A DNA stretch of 64,000 nt, taken from the NCBI GenBank assembly GCA_963706575.1, contig CAVPNL010000005.1:96001-160000 (forward strand), read 5' to 3'. Positions 1 through 10,166 of the stretch are shown in pieces. The translations under genes and the position numbers were made by a program. Below the pieces are notes generated by a model, which worked only from the letters and a program-made list of their open reading frames with translations, was not told where the DNA came from and did no database searches. Source of the DNA: an uncultured delta proteobacterium (GTDB lineage Bacteria; Desulfobacterota; Desulfobacteria; Desulfobacterales; JAHEIW01). Numbering within the stretch: the stretch's first letter is position 1; each line of letters begins with the position of its first letter.

Positions 1-13
1 ACGTTTCAGATTA

Positions 14-653
14 TTGGGATTGTTGCTGCTGTTTTGTCTATTTTCGGCTTCTGTTTATGGCGAAACCATGTATGTTTCTGATGTTTTGAAGTTAACGCTG
101 AGAACCGGGCCAAGTATCGAAAACAAAATAATCTCTGTGATTGATTCCGGTCAGATGATGGAAGTTATTAAATTCGGTGATGAATGGTCCCAGGTACGAC
201 TGCCCAATGGCAAGGAAGGCTGGGTGCTGAGCAGATATCTAACCACCAATGAAACCAACAACGTCAAACTTGAACGTCTGGAGACCAAGCATAAGAATTT
301 GATGATTCAAGCCGCTGAATTATTGGAAGAAAATAACAGACTGAAAGCGGAAAATCAGAAGCTCAGCACCGAGTTTAAAGCCAGTCAAAAACAGTTGGAT
401 AAAACACGAACGCGATTATGAGACGCTGAAAGCCGAAGCCGCCGAATTTTTAACGCTTAAAGCCAGTTATGAGAGTACCGCTTCACAGTTGGTCGAACAG
501 ACCGCCAGAGTGGAAAAGCTTGAAGAGCAGCTCACGAGATTGGAAATGAGCACTTACATTAAGTGGTTTCTGGCAGGCTCGGGGGTACTTATCCTCGGAT
601 TTTTAATCGGTATCAGCACCCGGCGTCCGCACCGCCGCCCTGCGCTGGTATGA
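14..653 (+). CDS. SH3-domain protein (YgiM/TIGR04211-like); 5' end probably outside the window, frameshifted near 415
   Basis: Signal peptide then SH3_3-like segment (YVSDVLKLTLRTGPS...WSQVRLPNGKEGWV) and coiled coil. A second frame continues to a C-terminal TM helix (KWFLAGSGVLILGFLIG) and TGA at 651-653. Confidence 0.8.
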
Positions 654-882
654 CCTGCCAATAGTTTGTCTAAATGACGGGTGATGGTATAATTGCAATC
701 CGGAACCGGATCGATAAAAATTTGCAGCGCAGCCGGGTATTGGCTAATAATTGACATGCCTATCGACGGTCATTACGCTATTAATCCATTATTAATAGCC
801 TATTCCACACAAAGACCATTCCTGGTTCAATGTAAATGCGAACCAATGGCTCATTTTCCGGAGGTTACCAGTAGAATCATTT

Positions 883-2136
883 ATGTTTGATCAAGTCGTG
901 GTGCTGATAGTCTTGCTTGCGCTTTCCGGTTTTTTCTCATCCGCTGAGACTGCCCTGTTCTCCATCAGCAAAGCCAAAGCAGTTCATCTTGCCAAACAAA
1001 AAGGGCCGACCAATAAGCTCATTAAAAAAATGAAAGCTGACCCTCACCGGCTTCTTTCAACCATTTTGATTGGCAATAACATTGTCAATGTAGGCGCTTC
1101 GGCGATGGCCACAGCCATCGCTATCGATTTGCATTCAAGTCATGCGGTCGGGGTCACCACCGGAGTCATGACCTTTCTCATTTTGATTTTTGGTGAAATC
1201 TTTCCCAAATCCATTGCCACGAGCAACAACATCCTGATCGCACGCCTGGTCATTTTTCCGCTGTACTGGCTTTCGGTTTTGTTTATGCCCCTGACTCTAT
1301 TTTTAAATTTCATCCCCAAACTGACCGGTAAAATCCACAAGAAACCGCATGTCACCGAAGCGGAATTGAGGACCTTTGTCGAAGTCGTGGAAGAAGAAGG
1401 TGAAATTAAAGAAGAAGAAAAAGAATTAATCCACAAAATATTTGAATTCGATGACACCAATGCTTCAGAGATCATGACTCCCCGTGCAGATATGTTTGTC
1501 GTTGATGTGAATGCGGAATTAAAGCTTGAAGAGATCGCTCAATCCGGTTTTACGCGAATACCGGTTATCGAGGGAGATATCGATCATGTGGTGGGTATTT
1601 TAAACATCAAAGATCTGCTCAAGCACAATGCGACGTCCTGTGAAATCATTGATGTCCGCCAAATCCTGCGCAAACCCTATTTTGTGCCTGAAAAGAAAAA
1701 ACTGGACAAATTGCTTCAGCAATTTAAAAAACGAAAACAGCACCTGGCGATCGTTGTTGACGAGCATGGCGGGGTTTCCGGATTGATAACGCTCGAGGAT
1801 GCCCTTGAAGAGATTGTTGGAGAGATTGTCGATGAAACCGATCGATTCGAGCCGCACATCGTAAAACTCAAAGAGGATGAATGGCGGGTTCTGGGCAAAT
1901 CCGAAATTGATGAGGTCAATGAAGAGATACCCATCAATATTCCCGATTCAAAAGAATATGACACCTTTTCCGGCTATGTTCTGAACCAGATCGGCAGGAT
2001 CCCCCGGGAAAAGGAAGAAATCTCGCTTGGCGGCTTCCTGATCATGGTCAATGAGAAGCACGGCAATCGTATCCGGGAATATATCGTTTGTCAAAAGGAC
2101 ATTAAAGCCGCGAAGAAAGCTACCGGAGGGGCCTGA
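883..2136 (+). CDS. CNNM/HlyC/CorC family (DUF21 + CBS pair + CorC) Mg2+/Co2+ transport-associated protein
   Basis: SGFFSSAETA, STILIGNN, GEIFPKS, IMTPR, VVDEHGGVSGLITLEDALEEIVGEI motifs. Confidence 0.92.
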   Translation: MFDQVVVLIVLLALSGFFSSAETALFSISKAKAVHLAKQKGPTNKLIKKMKADPHRLLSTILIGNNIVNVGASAMATAIAIDLHSSHAVGVTTGVMTFLILIFGEIFPKSIATSNNILIARLVIFPLYWLSVLFMPLTLFLNFIPKLTGKIHKKPHVTEAELRTFVEVVEEEGEIKEEEKELIHKIFEFDDTNASEIMTPRADMFVVDVNAELKLEEIAQSGFTRIPVIEGDIDHVVGILNIKDLLKHNATSCEIIDVRQILRKPYFVPEKKKLDKLLQQFKKRKQHLAIVVDEHGGVSGLITLEDALEEIVGEIVDETDRFEPHIVKLKEDEWRVLGKSEIDEVNEEIPINIPDSKEYDTFSGYVLNQIGRIPREKEEISLGGFLIMVNEKHGNRIREYIVCQKDIKAAKKATGGA

Positions 2137-2251
2137 ACCGGCAATAGCGAGCGCATTGCCCGTAGCTTGCTGCGGGGTTAGCGAGCGAGTCAAATCGATC
2201 AGAATCCTTACCGGGAAGATTCCCTGCAGCTTGCTGCAGGGTACGCTTCAA
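2134..2251. repeat. Palindromic non-autonomous repeat (PATE/REP-like), copy 1 with two hairpins
   Basis: TGAACCGGCAATAGCG...CCCTGCAGCTTGCTGCAGGG TACGCTTCAA; near-identical to 3936-4019; supplies the TGA stop of the CNNM gene. Confidence 0.85.
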
Positions 2252-2297
2252 TATAATATTTCTATTTTTGGATTTTAGTAAAACGGCAGAGCGGCCA

Positions 2298-3350
2298 TTA
2301 CTCTGCCTTGAAAAAAGGGCGGGCCCATTCGGCGGTTTGTTCCGGGGCGCTGAATGTGGTCATATCCCCGAGCATGACTTCAAATCCGGTATGATCACTG
2401 CGCACCCAGGGGGCGTAATTCGATCGCACCATGATGACAATCCGCAGTTCGAGGCGACTGGCAGGCATTTCAACAGACAGCTGCCCCAGATTGTAACCGT
2501 TGCGGTTCAGGTTTCGATAAAACCGCTGGGTGTTAAGAATGCCGGTAGCGAGGGCCTGCCAATCGGTGGTGGACACCTGGCGTAATGAAGTCTTTTGGGG
2601 CAGGATGCCCCATATTTCAAAGAATCCTTCGGGCGCAAATGCGGCCGTCCATTGCCATAATCCGGTTGTCCCGATATAACGGGACCCCTCAGCCATTTCG
2701 TGTTCCAGATAGCTGGAAAATAGATAATGGCCACTTTGGTGATAAAAATCAGCGGCGCGTTGCAGTAAAATGCGCTGGTGGTTGGCCGGCAGCCGGTCGG
2801 CGTTTATTTGTAAATGCGGATGAAGCAGCGACCCGCCGGCAGAAGGCAGATGATTCTGAGTAATGGCCATATATGCGGCCCGGGGGTCGTGATTTTTGAT
2901 TTTTGCCAGATACCGGCTGCAATTTAAAAAACTGTTGGCATATGACTCCACGGAGGCCTGCCCGATTTCAACAAAGTGTCGATTGTCGAAAAGGCTGACG
3001 GCGGAATAGCAGCCGTAGGGAAACCGATTGGGAAACAGAATCGAATCACCCTGGACCATCCGCCCGGAGGACGACAGGTCGGGATGCAGCTGCGGTGTTT
3101 GGGTGCTTACCTGAGGCCTGCAAAACGGGCAGCGGCCCGTTTCAGCCGCAACCGGCGGTACCGGCGGCAGCGACTCGGTCCCGGGTTCATTTTCATCAAT
3201 TCGGCTGAATGAGATGCGGCAGGTGCGCCCGGTAATGGGATTGGTGCGGATTTCAATGATTCGTTCTGCGATTGTGCCGGCGGGATCGATAAATTTGGCA
3301 AACACCGATTGGGTGTCAAATATCAGTTCTGATGGCTGGGCCGTCGGCAT
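2298..3350 (-). CDS. Galactose-1-phosphate uridylyltransferase (GalT/HIT-like) family protein
   Basis: EIRTNPITGR, CPFC, FPNRFPY and GGSLLHPHLQ (HxHxQ) motifs. Confidence 0.8.
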   Translation of the reverse strand: MPTAQPSELIFDTQSVFAKFIDPAGTIAERIIEIRTNPITGRTCRISFSRIDENEPGTESLPPVPPVAAETGRCPFCRPQVSTQTPQLHPDLSSSGRMVQGDSILFPNRFPYGCYSAVSLFDNRHFVEIGQASVESYANSFLNCSRYLAKIKNHDPRAAYMAITQNHLPSAGGSLLHPHLQINADRLPANHQRILLQRAADFYHQSGHYLFSSYLEHEMAEGSRYIGTTGLWQWTAAFAPEGFFEIWGILPQKTSLRQVSTTDWQALATGILNTQRFYRNLNRNGYNLGQLSVEMPASRLELRIVIMVRSNYAPWVRSDHTGFEVMLGDMTTFSAPEQTAEWARPFFKAE

Positions 3351-3361
3351 GCGGTCTAACT

Positions 3362-3910
3362 TTAATCTCCGGAAACCCCGAAAGCCTGGAATAATGAGAC
3401 AAACAGCACCATTTGAACCAAGGCACTGATGATCCAGGCGATGATACAGGCAGCTGCAGCACGATAGGTGCTTTCGAAATTTAGCGCCTGCTTTACGGCG
3501 ATGGTTGCGGCAGCAACCATCCAGATAGTCGCCACCGCTATAATCACAATACCCAGACCCGGTATGAACCCCAGGAGACGTATTACGCCCGGTGCGCTGG
3601 CAAATCCCATTGCCCGAATGACGGTTTTGCGCCCCATCCGCTCAATTTGGGTTCGGTCTTCACGAAAAAACCGGGAAGCGGCGAAGTAGGTGAAAAAAGC
3701 CCAGACATACCATCCGATCAGGGTGGTTATCATGGCGATGTTGGTCCCGACAGCGCCGATCCCCCCGAAGGTTCCCCAGGAAGCCGCCATACAGTAAATC
3801 ACAACCGTAATCCAGGCCTGATTCAAGGTGAGCGGATCCGCTACGATCTCCCTGTACAGCTCGACATCCAGCCTTGCCGCCCGCACAAAACGATTGAAAA
3901 AAAGACGCAT
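3362..3910 (-). CDS. YIP1-family membrane protein
   Basis: About five hydrophobic helices, RAMGFASAPG motif, AGGAGG RBS upstream. Confidence 0.7.
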   Translation of the reverse strand: MRLFFNRFVRAARLDVELYREIVADPLTLNQAWITVVIYCMAASWGTFGGIGAVGTNIAMITTLIGWYVWAFFTYFAASRFFREDRTQIERMGRKTVIRAMGFASAPGVIRLLGFIPGLGIVIIAVATIWMVAAATIAVKQALNFESTYRAAAACIIAWIISALVQMVLFVSLFQAFGVSGD

Positions 3911-3935
3911 AGACCTCCTTATCGATCAACAGGTT

Positions 3936-4019
3936 TGAACCGGCAATAGCGCGCGAATAAAATCGATAAGAATCCTTACCGGGAAGATTCCCTGCAGCAA
4001 GCTGCAGGGTACGCTTCAA
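3936..4019. repeat. Palindromic non-autonomous repeat (PATE/REP-like), copy 2 with one hairpin
   Basis: Matches 2134-2251 minus an internal ~34-bp hairpin; CCCTGCAGCAAGCTGCAGGG then TTCAA. Confidence 0.85.
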
Positions 4020-4246
4020 ACCGGCGCCCGGCTGATCTCATGAATAAATCAGTTGGGCGGGAATATCGGAAGTTAGTTTTTTGCAGTTACCGGCTATCAC
4101 GTTGGCGGCAGTGTGTCAATAAAACCTGAGGATTTTGAATCGCTGTATGGGTGCCGGTATCTTGCAAAATTTAGGCTTTTATTTATATTGGCATTGCTTT
4201 ATCATAATATTTTTGAACCTTATATGAAAATTAATGAGAAGTTGAG

Positions 4247-6394
4247 ATGATGCCTGGCTTTGGAATCAATCTGAAACTGCGCTGGAAATTTTTTATTGTT
4301 TTACTGGTGTTCAGTCTGACGCCCTTGATTGTGGTCACCGTCGTCAGTCAGCGCGGAACGCTGCTTTTGGGGAAAACGATTTCCGAGGATGCGCGTTTGC
4401 GTCTCACCCATATCGTTGGGATGGAGTTGCGGCAAACCGCGGAAAATTCGGCCAAAGTTTTACAGCGAACCAAAGATGCCATGGCCTTTTATCTTCAGGT
4501 GCTGGCCGGTGAAGCCGAACTGGCCTTTTCGGAAATGACTGCCGAACCCCCCAAAATTTATCTTGCCGCCGACTTTGACGACCCCCGCACCGCTCCCTTG
4601 GATTTTCTGCCGATTGAGCGATACCGGATAAAAACCCACGACGGCGAGTTTTTGGATAATTCGGTCAGTTTCATCCATCCCGTTTTTATGCTGACGCCGG
4701 GACTTGAGAAAGAAATGGTCGCCCGTGATCTTTCCTCCTTGAGCCGGATGATACCCACCTTCAGAAAACTTTCCGGAGAATTCGGTAAAACCCTGCACTG
4801 GGCCCATATCTGTTTGCAAAATGGTGTCTATATGTCGTATCCCGGTCACGGCGGCTATGTGGATAGCCGTGATCCCCGGCATTACCTATGGTTCACAGAA
4901 GCAAAAGATTCACCGACCTGGACCCTTCCACGCATAAATACCGACACCGGATTTCTGACCTTTACGGTTTCACAACGTTTATACCGGCCCGATGGGTCCT
5001 TTCTGGGGGTTGTGGCCATCGATATCCTCTTTGTCGAAGCGTTGCAAAAAACTGCGCTATCGCCGCTGTGGGCATCCGATGCCGATTCTTTTATTGTAAC
5101 CGCCGCCCTCAATCCGGAGACGCATCAGCCCGGACTTCAAATACTGGCCCTAAAGGACTATGAGCACGATCCCGGGTCCTGGGCGCCGGTGGCCCAGAAA
5201 AAGTGGCTAACTTCTGAAGACCTCATCGGATTTGATGTCGTTCTTAAGCAGCTCAAGGTCGGACAGGCCGGATATACGGGGCTGCCCTTTAAGAATGTAG
5301 AATCAATTTGGGCCTATGCCGGTATCGATGATCTTATTCAGTTTGTGGTGGTCGTACCCAAGTCGGTTATCATGGCACTGCCGGACGAAACCCAGAAAAC
5401 TTTTTTTGCGTATTTAAAAGATCAAATCCTTTTTGCCGGTGCGGCGACCTTTTTAACAATTGTTTTCCTGGCAGCGGCCGCCCTGATCGGATCCTATATG
5501 ATTACGAGGTCCCTGTTAAGAATCACCGCGGCTGCCAAGAAACTATCCAGCGGTGACTTCTCTGTTAAACTGGGCCTGCGTACCGGGGATGAGCGTGATC
5601 TGATGATTCAGGCCTTCAACGAGATTGGGCCCAAACTTGAGGATCATCTTCGTCTGCATCAATCCATGGATCTGGCGATGAAGGTTCAACAAAAGCTTTT
5701 GCCCGGCAAAAACCCTCAAATCCCCGGGTTGGATATTGCCGGCAAGAGTATCTATTGCGATGAAACCGGGGGCGACTACTATGATTTTTTGGAGTTTGGC
5801 GGAAAAAATGACAGAAAAATCAGCATCGTCGTCGGTGATGTATCCGGGCATGGAATTTCCTCGGCCCTGCTCATGGCCTCTGCCCGTGCGTTTCTTCGCC
5901 AGCGGGTCTCGTTGCCCGGAACGCTCGGACAGATCATTTCAGATGTGAACTGTCAACTTGCCAGAGATGTGGCCGAGTACAATAATTTCATGACCCTTTT
6001 CTATCTGAGAATCGATTGCGAGCAGAGCACTCTGGAATGGGTCCGCGCCGGCCATGATCCGGCTATCTTTTACGACCCCGGGCCGCGAACGTTTGAAGCG
6101 CTCGACGGTCAGGGAATACCGCTGGGGGTGGAAGAATCATGGCGGTTTCAGGAAAACAGGAAAACCGGCCTGTCGCCAGGACAGATTATTGTTATGGCAA
6201 CCGATGGGGTTTTCGAGGCCCAAAATGTCAACGGCGAGATGTTTGGAAAGGATCGGGTCTATGACCTCATATCGGCCAACGCCGCTTTGAGTGCCAAGGG
6301 GATCTTAAATATTCTGATGGATATGCTTTACCGATTTGCCAAAGGGAAAAATTTTGAAGATGATGTTACGCTGGTGGTGATTAAAATTAAGTAG
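4247..6394 (+). CDS. Membrane-anchored SpoIIE/PP2C phosphatase with Cache-like sensor and HAMP domain
   Basis: Two TM helices around an extracytoplasmic region; ETGGDYYD, VGDVSGHG, RAGH, TDGVFE, DDVTLVVIK motifs. Confidence 0.9.
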   Translation: MMPGFGINLKLRWKFFIVLLVFSLTPLIVVTVVSQRGTLLLGKTISEDARLRLTHIVGMELRQTAENSAKVLQRTKDAMAFYLQVLAGEAELAFSEMTAEPPKIYLAADFDDPRTAPLDFLPIERYRIKTHDGEFLDNSVSFIHPVFMLTPGLEKEMVARDLSSLSRMIPTFRKLSGEFGKTLHWAHICLQNGVYMSYPGHGGYVDSRDPRHYLWFTEAKDSPTWTLPRINTDTGFLTFTVSQRLYRPDGSFLGVVAIDILFVEALQKTALSPLWASDADSFIVTAALNPETHQPGLQILALKDYEHDPGSWAPVAQKKWLTSEDLIGFDVVLKQLKVGQAGYTGLPFKNVESIWAYAGIDDLIQFVVVVPKSVIMALPDETQKTFFAYLKDQILFAGAATFLTIVFLAAAALIGSYMITRSLLRITAAAKKLSSGDFSVKLGLRTGDERDLMIQAFNEIGPKLEDHLRLHQSMDLAMKVQQKLLPGKNPQIPGLDIAGKSIYCDETGGDYYDFLEFGGKNDRKISIVVGDVSGHGISSALLMASARAFLRQRVSLPGTLGQIISDVNCQLARDVAEYNNFMTLFYLRIDCEQSTLEWVRAGHDPAIFYDPGPRTFEALDGQGIPLGVEESWRFQENRKTGLSPGQIIVMATDGVFEAQNVNGEMFGKDRVYDLISANAALSAKGILNILMDMLYRFAKGKNFEDDVTLVVIKIK

Positions 6395-6424
6395 GATCGA
6401 TTTCAATCTGCCTTGCGTGATCAC

Positions 6425-6781
6425 CTATTTTTCAAAATCACTTTTGATCTCCAGCGTTTCATCTGTTTGTGGCTCAGACACGGCGATTTCGTCCGGTTTT
6501 TCTTCGGGTGTTTCTTCCGCAGCCTTTGATTTAAGATTCCGGTTTTCTTTTTCCAAAACCTTGATCCGTTTCCGCTGGCTTAATCGGGTGCTGATTCCAA
6601 TCAGCATCCCGATAAATATCCCTACCAAAATGGAAGCGTAGACGATACCATAAACCGGCAATGGCATACTCTGCATTCCAAAATAATAATGCAATTTCAT
6701 CGTTTCGTTGTTTTGAATGCCAAAAGTAACCAGCGCTACCAAAATTATTAGCAGCAATATCGCCTTGAAGTAGCTTCCCAT
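6425..6781 (-). CDS. LapA/DUF1049 family membrane protein
   Basis: Two TM helices with FGIQN motif followed by a coiled coil; AGGAG RBS. Confidence 0.75.
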   Translation of the reverse strand: MGSYFKAILLLIILVALVTFGIQNNETMKLHYYFGMQSMPLPVYGIVYASILVGIFIGMLIGISTRLSQRKRIKVLEKENRNLKSKAAEETPEEKPDEIAVSEPQTDETLEIKSDFEK

Positions 6782-6941
6782 GTTTTTTCTCCTTAAGCTT
6801 TATTCGAGGTGGTCTCAATTGAGAAGTGAAAGGGTTTCTCAGAGCTAACTTTATTAATTATGCCACCATTTTGTCAAGACTTTCATATGGATCGTTCAGC
6901 TACAGACTGATTTTTCCCGGTTGGATGAAAGATTTTCAAAT

Positions 6942-9900
6942 CTAAAATACCAGCTCTACGCGAGGCTTTGCTTCAGGGCTTTTGTCGATTTCGGGCGTGC
7001 AGATAAAAATTCTTTTGTCTTTGATTCCATGCTGTGTCACAAGGTAATCCTCGATCCGGTCGGCCCGTTGTTCAGCAATTGTCAGCAGCTCTTCGTCGCT
7101 TGTTAAAAACCGGCCGTCTTTTTGAGTGGCGATCTTGCCGTCGGCGATTTCACTTATCTCTGAGGACTGTGCTCCAGGCAGTCTCGCGGCACCCTTGTGT
7201 TCTCCCATTCGATCGCTTTCAGTTGCCCACCCGCACAATCTGAGGCGCAAATCTTTTTTTTCCTTCAGGATGGTCGCCACCTTATCGATATATTCCAGAG
7301 TCGCGGCATCCAGCTCGGAAGCGCCGGGCTGGAAATCAACCGGCTTGAGGCGGATGCCGGGCAGCGCTTTTGCGCCAACTTTTGCACCCAGCTCGACGAT
7401 ACCGATAGCTATACCGTATGGCCCGAGCATGTACTTCAGATAAGACAAAGTGGCCATACTTAGGCCCTTGATAACGGCCTGGTTGATGGCATCCGAAAAG
7501 TTGAATTTCGGATCGCTCATATCACCGGAAATCGGTATTTTCAGGCGGACGTCATCGTCCTTGTCGCGCAAAACTTTCAGGGCGCTCTGCAAGGGGATGG
7601 AGATGCCCTCTTGATTCTCCAATTTTTCCGGATTGACGGCCTCGATTCTGGGGTTGTGGAACTTCAGATCGCCTTCGCCCTCCAGTTGGCCGACCGTAAT
7701 TTTTAGATCGATGCCGGCATCCATCTCTCCGCTGATTAGATTGTACCCGATTGTTTTGACGGCATAGGACGACAGCGGCGGCATTTCAAGCGCCTTGATT
7801 TTGCCTTTGAGGTCCATGCTGAAGCGTTCCCCGAAAGGCTGAACATTGCCCTGCAGCTTCAGCTTTGTGTACTTTCTTGACTCGGCTTCTATAGTTATTG
7901 GGCTGGCTTGTTCAGGATGATAACTGTTGACACCCGACAGACGGATTTCTTTCAGACGAATCTCGGTACGAAAGGTCGGGCTGACAGTTTCATCTTCAAA
8001 CTGCAGCACACTGTCTCCGGCAATTTCCAGGCTCCCGATCTGGATTCCGGATTGAACGTCAGTTTCCTTTGCTGAAGCCCGGTTTTTTTCCGCCGCCTTG
8101 TTTGGCGATGGTTTTTTTTGTGCGCTCGATTCGGCGCCGGTCAGATAGGTTGTTAGATCGTCGATATAGCGCCAGCGCCCATCATTTTTATGATGCAACA
8201 CCCCTTTAGCGGTGACGATGCGGGCCGATTCGATCGAAACCTTTTTGAGCCGCTCGAGTTTGACGGTGTCAACCTGCACCTCTGATGCGCTAAACAGCGA
8301 AGCGTTTTCAGGCGAGCCCGTTTGACCGACAAGATCCAGACCGGTGATCTTTGCCGTGGCGACGTTGAATTGTGTGTCCGCCTCTCCTTTGATCGATTTT
8401 AAGTTGACCGTTTTTGACGCCAATAACCTTAATTTTTTGTGGCATGGCGGTGACTGCCAGATCGGTTATGCTGATATCACCTTCAGCCGCAAGGCCGGCT
8501 GTAAAATTTTTCAGCCCACAGCTGAATCGACCATTCCATGAGAGATTTTCGTTTGCGAGGTTCAAATTTTCTCGGACCAAAACGATCCTTTGACGCCTGG
8601 ATTCGAGATTTCCGTCGGTTGTCAACCTATGCGCTGCACTGTTTTCAGGCAGCAACAATTGAAGGTCTCCGCTCCACCCGAGATCTTCTTCGGCCAGAAG
8701 CACATCAGGGGTGGCAACCTCAAGCTTTGCGAACTTCAGGTCGCCATCGAGTTTGACTTCGGCTGATCCCTTTTTTGCGGTAAAGGCAAACTCTCCGTTC
8801 CAATTCAGGCCACTGCCCTGAAGCTTTAAATTCGCCGAAGGTGAATCCAGGGACGCCTCCTTTCCTGCCAATCTGTCCCGCGGCTGTGATAAAAAGCGCC
8901 TCGGGCGAATTCGGTATCTTTGATCCGGACGATTCCGTCCCAGAGGAGGTTTTCCTCGACCAGATTCAATTCGGGGGTGGCCATTTTAAATTTCTCAATC
9001 GTTAAGGCACCATCGAAGTCAAGGTCGGTCTTTTCTGTATTGCGGTCCAGAACAAATTTACCGTTCCAGCCCAGCCCGTTGTGCCGAAACGCTAATTTAT
9101 CCGGTGTCGGATTCACAGCGCCGCCTTTGCCTGCCAGTTGCCCGGCGATTTCTATCTGGAGCGTATCGGACGCGGCCGGCAGTTTGACCTGGACTGTACC
9201 ATCCCAGGTGAAGTTTTCGTCGGCCAGGTCGACATCTGCGAAACGCATGCGGGCCTGTTTTAGGGCCAGACGGCCCGTTTGGCTGAAATTGAATCCTTCC
9301 TTAGAACTGTATTGGGTTTGAATGCGGACATCGGCATCCAGCCGGCCCTGCAGAATGCCCGGATCGGTGGCCATCAGTTGCGCAAAAGGCGTAAGCGCCA
9401 ATCCGTTCAGTTTTACAGAGCCTTCAAAAGTTGTCCGCCGCCAAACGGTGATAAATCTCCCTGAAATTGCAGCCTGCTGTCATTGAGTTGCCCCTTGAGC
9501 TCGAGGTGGGTACGCTGATCGGGCCGCCAGGTTCTCAGACGCGTCAGGCGGGCCTGCTCGACTCTTAATTCTGATGTGAGCCGCGAGCTGCGAAATTTCA
9601 CCAGGCTATTTTGAATCTGAAGTTCGGTAAGACCAAAGCCCCAAGGTGAGGCTGATGATTTTGCCGCTGAGGGTGCGGGTGAAAGGCCTCCAATTCGCCA
9701 GCGGCCATCCGGCAATTCTTCCATCATAATAATGGAATTGTTGAGATCGGCTTTTTCCAAAAGAAAATGTTTCTTGAAAAATGAAGACCAGGACAGGATA
9801 AAACTTGCTTCGGAAATGTTAAGGGCCTGTTCAGTGCCCACTTTGACGACCAAATTTTCTACTACGAGACGACGGGTAAAGGGATTAAAATCAACATCTT

Positions 9901-10081
9901 CCACATCTGCCTGGTCTGCGCCGTTGGCAAGAAAATAGCTTTTAATCTGATAGTCCATGCCAAATGGTATTGAAATCAAAATCAGGGCCACCAGAACCGC
10001 AAAACCGACCGTGACCCAAATCCACCAAAGTCGCAGAATCCGTCTTAACCTACTGTTATTTTTTAAATTATGATTTTCCAT
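6942..10081 (-). CDS. DUF748/AsmA-like protein with C-terminal OmpA-like region; split into four ORFs by frameshifts
   Basis: ORFs 9413-10081, 8826-9401, 8308-8871 and 6942-8423 abut on the same strand. N-terminal TM plus DVDFNPFT; C-terminal IPISGDMSDPKF and AEQRADRIEDYL. Confidence 0.75.
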
Positions 10082-10166
10082 GGCAAATAAATGAAATGGG
10101 CGGAGCTGAAAAATGTATTTAGATAATGGCGATCGAAAGAATCGGTGTCAAGGGTCAATCTTGCTT

